From: an uncultured Pirellulaceae bacterium | GTDB lineage: Bacteria > Planctomycetota > Planctomycetia > Pirellulales > Pirellulaceae | Assembly (NCBI GenBank): GCA_964393615.1 | Contig: CAYMUR010000003.1 | Coordinates: 1 to 64,000, forward strand | Direction: 5' to 3' | Length of the DNA: 64,000 bases | Shown: one piece after another, positions 59,069-64,000 of the stretch | Layout of the letters: each line of letters opens with the position of its first letter | How positions within the stretch are numbered: position 1 is the first letter of the stretch | Made by a program: the position numbers and the translations under genes | The notes under the pieces: generated by a model | The model's database searches: none | The model's input: the letters and a program-made list of their open reading frames with translations, nothing else | What the model was told of the DNA's origin: nothing

Positions 59069-59443
59069 CGACGAAGTCCTAGCTGGATCCTGTCAGATTG
59101 CAACATAAAGCAATAGCAGGCAGGAGCCTGTTGTGGGGACGTCTTTGCCGGAGCGCCCCATTTTTTGTACACGGAATAAGTGAATTACGTAAGTCTAAGC
59201 CACGAACTGGTTGCTGGCCACCGGCATACCCGTCGACGCCACCGGTTTGCAACTTGTCACAGAAAGGTGGGAATTTATCGAATAAGTACTCATGCAGAAA
59301 TAAAGCCTTTTTTGACAATAAACCCGCAAAACAACAGGCTGTGATTTCACCTGCCTCTACTTTTTGCCAGCCCCAGGTAAGTGGAGCCCTGCGGACAATT
59401 AAACCCCGTTAAAGGCTGGTGGTTCCGCTCGCTTCAGGATTTG

Positions 59444-60517
59444 TTAGTTAGCGAACTTGGAATGGGGACCAGCCGAGACGTCTGGTGCTTTCAGAGGAAG
59501 GATTTCTCGTCGCAATTGGCCACACGCTGCGTTAATTTTGTCGCCTTTCCGCTGTCGTACTTTAACCTCGATACCGTGGTCTTCTAGAATCGTTCGAAAC
59601 GCTGCCAATGTTGCATGAGATGGTGTACGGTAGGGTAGCCCAGCAACCGGATTATAGGGAATGATGTTTAACAGGGCAGGGCGTCCTCTCAGCAAGTTGG
59701 CTAGTTCGTGTGCATCGCGGTCGCTGTCATTGATATCTGCCAACAACACATATTCAAATGTTAGCCGGCGACCAGAGCTCTCAAAATAGTGATCGGCAGC
59801 TGCCATAATCGCTTGCAAACCTATATGTTCGTTGGTGGGGACTAATCGATTTCGAAGCGGATCATTAGCAGCATGCAAGGAAACCGCCAGATGATAGGCT
59901 GTTTTTTGATCAGCGAGACGCTTGATGGCGCTAGGTAACCCGACTGTTGAAATCGTGATGCGCCGCTTGCTGATGCCCAGTCGTTGCTTGTCGCTGGCCA
60001 ATTCCAGTGCCGGGAGCAAGCCTGACAGATTGGCTAACGGCTCTCCCACGCCCATCATGACGACATGGCTTAACCGTTCGTTTTCTGGGAGCAATTGTTG
60101 CAGACGCAGCATTTGTTCGACGATTTCACCGGAAGTTAAATTGCGATCGACTCCGTTTAGGCCGCTAGCGCAGAACACACATCCCATGGCACAGCCAACT
60201 TGTGTACTGATACAAATGGTGCGCCTGATGCCATCGCGCAGTAAAACGCATTCGATCCGGCCACCGTCAAATAATTCTAAAACCAGCTTTTCAGAACCGT
60301 CACTGGTCTGTTGGTGGCGTACTGTGTGAGTTGTCCAGATAGTAAACGCGTCTGCCAGCTGCTGTTGTAGCGGCTGAGGCAAATTTGTCATCTGATCAAA
60401 TGTTGTGGCGCGCCGACGATAGAGCCAATCTTCAATCTGACGGATGCGATAACCTGGTTGGTTGTGACGAAGCAACCAGTCTTCAAGAGGATGCTCCGCG
60501 TTCAGAAGATGTATCAT
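59444..60517 (-). CDS. rlmN: 23S rRNA/tRNA adenine-C2 methyltransferase, radical SAM.
   Basis: CISTQVGCAMGCVFCASG radical-SAM cluster motif and the second Cys motif (NAACGQ). Start chosen at internal Met (MIHLL). Confidence 0.9.
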   Translation of the reverse strand: MIHLLNAEHPLEDWLLRHNQPGYRIRQIEDWLYRRRATTFDQMTNLPQPLQQQLADAFTIWTTHTVRHQQTSDGSEKLVLELFDGGRIECVLLRDGIRRTICISTQVGCAMGCVFCASGLNGVDRNLTSGEIVEQMLRLQQLLPENERLSHVVMMGVGEPLANLSGLLPALELASDKQRLGISKRRITISTVGLPSAIKRLADQKTAYHLAVSLHAANDPLRNRLVPTNEHIGLQAIMAAADHYFESSGRRLTFEYVLLADINDSDRDAHELANLLRGRPALLNIIPYNPVAGLPYRTPSHATLAAFRTILEDHGIEVKVRQRKGDKINAACGQLRREILPLKAPDVSAGPHSKFAN

Positions 60518-60840
60518 GAATACTCCGATGAGTGTGTCAGTGCGGTTACCAGGTGTTTTTTCACGATTTGCCCGATTACGTTGACCGTTCATGAGGGTCG
60601 ACGGAGAATCTTGTGATCACGTCACCAGGAAAAATCTCTTCTGGGTCCTCTGACCTGTGACCTATCCTATACGCTACGATAAAGGAACCAATGGAAACCA
60701 CAAGGTGATGAGTCATGACAATCAGGAAAACATCGGCCCAGAAAAATGCTTCCAGAAAGACGTTACGAAGACGGGTGACTCAACGTAATGCACCCGTCGT
60801 TCAGCCCTCTCGTGAATCCTTGTCATCTATTAAAGCTGAT

Positions 60841-62019
60841 ATGGATCGCGCTACGGACCTTGTCACAAAGCTGTTAGTCATTCCTGGGAAAAGTGGGGAG
60901 GAAGCGGAGGTAGCCGCTTTTATTCGAGGCGAACTCTGTCGTGCGGGTGTTCCCATGGCGAACTTGCGAACTGATAGCGCACAACGTCGAACGCTACTGG
61001 CAGGGGATACCGGAAACTTGATATGTAAACTGCCTGGTACAATACGTAGACCACGACGGCTGTTGATGGCACACATGGACACTGTTCCGATATGTCTGGA
61101 TTCACAACCGGTTCGCCAAGGAAACTGGGTCCGATCAGGCCATCCCGAGCGTGGTATTGGTGCGGATGATCGCGCGGGTGTGGCGGTGGTTTTATTTGCA
61201 GCATTGGAGATCCTGCGTCAAAAGATTCCACATCCCCCTTTAACGTTTTGTTGGACGATCCAGGAGGAAATCGGTTTACATGGTGCTCGATGTCTCAATC
61301 ATCAGTTGTTGGGACGTCCCCGGTTGGCGTTTAATTGGGATGGTGGGGCACCTGACAAGCTGACCATCGGTGCCACCAGCGGTTATCGTATGGAAATTCG
61401 AGTCTACGGTTTGGCGAGTCATGCGGGTGGCGCTCCTGAAATGGGAGTGAGTGCTGTTTCGATTGCGTCCATTGCTATTGCCGATCTTGTCGCGAAAGGA
61501 TGGCATGGGGACATCCAGAAGGGGCGAAAGAAGGGAACCAGTAATGTAGGTTATTTTTGTGGTGGCGAGGCGACAAATGTTGTGACCGATTATGTGGAAC
61601 TGAAAGCAGAGGCACGTAGCCACGACCAGGTTTTTCTCCGTCGTATCGTACGTGAGATCGAACAAGCTTTTCGCCGTGCGGTAACCAAGGTGACTAACGT
61701 CATGGGGGATCGTGGACGTGTGGAGTTTAGCGGGCGACTGGATTACGAAGCATTTTGCTTGCCAGCCGATGACCCGAGTTTGCTCGTTGCGGAGAAAGCG
61801 ATTCGTACGCTTGGAAAAACCCCTGTCCGAGCAATCGCAAATGGGGGTCTGGATGCGAACTGGCTGACCCAGCGGGGGATACCAACGGTAACCATGGGTT
61901 GTGGCCAGGTGAATCAGCATATGGTCAGCGAAGCATTGGATCTAACCAATTTTCAGGACGCATGTCGAATTGCTTTATGTTTGGCTGCGAATTGTGAGGA
62001 GTCCTATGGATCTGGATGA
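60841..62019 (+). CDS. M20-family metallopeptidase / deacylase.
   Basis: LLVIPGKSGEE, HMDTVP, EEIGLHGA metal-ligand motifs. The track ORF begins 42 codons upstream (60715) with a basic extension. Confidence 0.75.
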   Translation: MDRATDLVTKLLVIPGKSGEEAEVAAFIRGELCRAGVPMANLRTDSAQRRTLLAGDTGNLICKLPGTIRRPRRLLMAHMDTVPICLDSQPVRQGNWVRSGHPERGIGADDRAGVAVVLFAALEILRQKIPHPPLTFCWTIQEEIGLHGARCLNHQLLGRPRLAFNWDGGAPDKLTIGATSGYRMEIRVYGLASHAGGAPEMGVSAVSIASIAIADLVAKGWHGDIQKGRKKGTSNVGYFCGGEATNVVTDYVELKAEARSHDQVFLRRIVREIEQAFRRAVTKVTNVMGDRGRVEFSGRLDYEAFCLPADDPSLLVAEKAIRTLGKTPVRAIANGGLDANWLTQRGIPTVTMGCGQVNQHMVSEALDLTNFQDACRIALCLAANCEESYGSG

Positions 62020-62302
62020 AGAACTTTGTCTGTGTTTTCACGTCACGAAACGAAAAATCGTGAATTATATCCGTGTGGAGAGACCGGCGCGAGCTGCACA
62101 ATTGAGCGACTGTTTTGGAGCTGGAACGGGTTGTGGCTGGTGTCGTAAATATCTAGCCCGGCTATTTAAGGCTGCTGCTGCTGGAGAACCCTCGTCGGCT
62201 GAGATTCCGGCCGCGGACGAATATGCAGCACAACGCACTGATTACGTTCAGCAGGGACAAGGGACTCCACCACCTGGAGCGACACCGGTCAATGGGAGCT
62301 AG
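62006..62302 (+). CDS. BFD-like [2Fe-2S]-binding domain protein.
   Basis: CLCFHV ... CFGAGTGCGWC four-Cys pattern of bacterioferritin-associated ferredoxin-like domains. Confidence 0.65.
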   Translation: MDLDEELCLCFHVTKRKIVNYIRVERPARAAQLSDCFGAGTGCGWCRKYLARLFKAAAAGEPSSAEIPAADEYAAQRTDYVQQGQGTPPPGATPVNGS

Positions 62303-62391
62303 CCGTGTGATGATGAATCCGCTATGATTAAGGGTCGGCCGTGTTAAATACGGGTTTGGCTTATAATACCGTTCAGAAGAGAAGCTAACTT

Positions 62392-62694
62392 ATGGCTCGC
62401 AAAGTTGTAAATCGCAAGGAGTTACGAGCCGAGGCGGAAGCAGCCGAGGCGGAAGCAGCATCTGGTGCTAAGAAAAAAAAGGCGACGAAGAAGAAAACTA
62501 CCAAGCGCACCAAAAAAGCTGAAAAAGTAGTGCGGTTGAAGATGTTTTGGGGTGTCTTTAATCAGTCTTTGAAGCGAGTGGCCCTGTATGAATTCACCCA
62601 AAAAAAACAGGCCGAAAAAAAAGCGGGTGACCTGTCTGCTAAAGGGAAAAGCCCCCATTTTGTCCAAAAGGTGAAAGAAGAAATCAGCGAATAA
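62392..62694 (+). CDS. Lysine-rich histone H1-like / nucleoid-associated basic protein (100 aa).
   Basis: AEAEAAEAEAASGAKKKKATKKKTTKRTKKAEK low-complexity basic N-terminus. RBS present. Confidence 0.5.
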   Translation: MARKVVNRKELRAEAEAAEAEAASGAKKKKATKKKTTKRTKKAEKVVRLKMFWGVFNQSLKRVALYEFTQKKQAEKKAGDLSAKGKSPHFVQKVKEEISE

Positions 62695-62934
62695 AAGAAA
62701 CTGAAATCCAAAGCCTTGGGTCAAAGATTTACTGACTTTTAATGGCTCGGTTTTATTTTGTTCGATAAGCTTCCGGGTGTACGTGAGGTTTCTACTTTTT
62801 TTCTTACAGCTCCGCATAGTTTCTTGCCGCTCAACATGGTCTGTGCGGGTATTGTTTGGCGGAGTATGCACCAGTTTTCAACGCTCGCCAGGAAACACCG
62901 TGGTGTAAGATATGGTTTTGCAGCGAGGGCAGCG

Positions 62935-63342
62935 TCAAGATCGCGTCTTAGAAGTACTTTTCGTCGAGGACGAACCTAACACCCGCTGCAGCCGCTGTCG
63001 CGTTTGTTCGGATTCTAACGCTGCCTTGCCAAATCCCGGTTCAGCGCCAGCAGCAACTGCTTGTTTTTCGTGGTCAGAAAAATTAGTGACCAACATGACG
63101 CAAATAGAAGACAATGCAGGATCAGCTTTCATCTGGCGAATAATTTCCAGGCCTTCGCTTTGATCGCAATCTAATATGCGATTCACAAGAACCAGGTCAA
63201 ATGATTGTTCGCGGAGTAACGCGAATGCCTCGGTTGAATTATGGGCTCGAACCACTTCGGCATTGAAATGGTTCTGGAGTAAAAGACGAATCATACCGTG
63301 ATCCATATCGCACTGGCCGATATCCAGAACTCGCTGGGGCAT
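62935..63342 (-). CDS. Single-domain CheY-like response regulator receiver protein.
   Basis: (b/a)5 pattern: VLDIGQCDMD ... FDLVLVNRIL ... CVMLVTN ... K. Start chosen at Met (MPQRVL). Confidence 0.65.
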   Translation of the reverse strand: MPQRVLDIGQCDMDHGMIRLLLQNHFNAEVVRAHNSTEAFALLREQSFDLVLVNRILDCDQSEGLEIIRQMKADPALSSICVMLVTNFSDHEKQAVAAGAEPGFGKAALESEQTRQRLQRVLGSSSTKSTSKTRS

Positions 63343-63401
63343 ATTGCCACCACCTCTCGAGAAAGCCGATAAATGTTCCATCAACGAATTTTAAATCCAT
63401 C

Positions 63402-63446
63402 CCAGCCAAGTTACCACCAGCCAAGTTACGGCCAGCCAAGTTACGA
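63402..63446. repeat. Three 15-bp direct repeats (ccagccaagttacNN) ~60 bp upstream of the response-regulator start codon.
   Basis: Directly visible: ccagccaagttacca / ccagccaagttacgg / ccagccaagttacga. Confidence 0.9.
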
Positions 63447-63541
63447 TTGTCCATCGAAACATTGGAACAAGCTATGTTCGGAAATGTACGGCGATCATGT
63501 TTTCCAGCATTCATCCAATCCAGCCATTGAACGAGCTAATT

Positions 63542-64000
63542 TTATTCACCGGACTGATTGTCGGCAAGTTTTTCTTGTGGCGTGTTCGACACGGCAAACA
63601 AATGGGTCCGGTTGGCGATGAACAATACATCATTGGCTACAATGGGCGTGCTGTAAACGGAATTGTCCATTTCGATTTCTGCAATCGCCGGTCTCATTTC
63701 ACCATCCTCTTCAACGAGGGCTACGGCCGGATCCGTTGACAGAGGAAACACGGAGACATCCCCTTCTTCGTCACCGATGTAGACTTTGCCATCGACAATC
63801 AAAGGTGATCCCCAGGCGGCGGCGAACATGTCATAGCTCCAGTGAACATTGCCATTTTGTGCGTCCAAGCAGTGAAAAATTCCACTGAAATCTGCGATGA
63901 AAAGTATGTTATCCTGGATAGCGACGGTGCCACAACTACGGTGCATTTCCTCGTGAAATTCCAACTCTCCATCGTCGTTCTGGTCATGTCCGTCAAAATG
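63542..64000 (-). CDS. PQQ-like beta-propeller repeat protein, N-terminus outside window.
   Basis: The frame stays open to the window end. Repeated W/G-rich blade motifs (GNVHWSYDMFAAAWGSPLIVDGKVYIGD). Confidence 0.5.
   Translation of the reverse strand, partial: HFDGHDQNDDGELEFHEEMHRSCGTVAIQDNILFIADFSGIFHCLDAQNGNVHWSYDMFAAAWGSPLIVDGKVYIGDEEGDVSVFPLSTDPAVALVEEDGEMRPAIAEIEMDNSVYSTPIVANDVLFIANRTHLFAVSNTPQEKLADNQSGE

Noticed and set aside
1-64000. CRISPR arrays, tRNA/rRNA genes, transposases, integrases, prophage
   Set aside because: No regularly spaced repeat-spacer array, no GGTTCGAATCC-type T-loops in intergenic regions, and no transposase or integrase-like ORFs were seen on reading. Tandem repeats present are only 2-7 units of 15-22 bp.

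Overview
The window reads as a Planctomycetota-type chromosomal segment at roughly 52% GC. That call rests on the DUF1501 plus DUF1549/DUF1553 pair, a DUF1080 protein, a PEP-CTERM protein, many xylose-isomerase-like TIM barrels and oversized prepilin-like paralogs. I found no rRNA, tRNA, CRISPR array, transposase or integrase by reading.

The first ~13 kb, minus strand, is one type IV pilus / T2SS-like module. It runs PilB/GspE-like ATPase, a 600-bp non-coding gap, PilT, a second GspE/PilB ATPase, GspF/PilC, four unusually long pseudopilin-like proteins, and a >650-aa membrane-anchored protein that runs off the window start. Three of these proteins carry DxDxDG-type putative calcium loops.

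The middle of the window is housekeeping mixed with unknowns. Confident calls include pepA, ilvH-ilvC, hisS, purU, ptsI, rlmN, sppA and a DegT aminotransferase. The unknowns include an HExxH protease with a PEP-CTERM tail, a LarA-like protein, a 629-aa orphan, an SRAP/YedK peptidase, an NfeD-flotillin pair, two ECF sigma/anti-sigma modules and a MATE pump.

The more unusual items are:
- a 4-gene lipid cassette, fabZ / extended ACP / FabZ-like with YFPG replacing HFPG / fabF;
- an anti-sigma factor carrying seven in-frame 15-bp tandem repeats (HDL[E/K]A);
- a triple 15-bp direct repeat upstream of an orphan response regulator;
- a lysine-rich histone-H1-like protein;
- several large non-coding stretches (25.8-26.7 kb, 44.1-44.8 kb, 10.9-11.5 kb) that may hold ncRNAs or regulatory elements.
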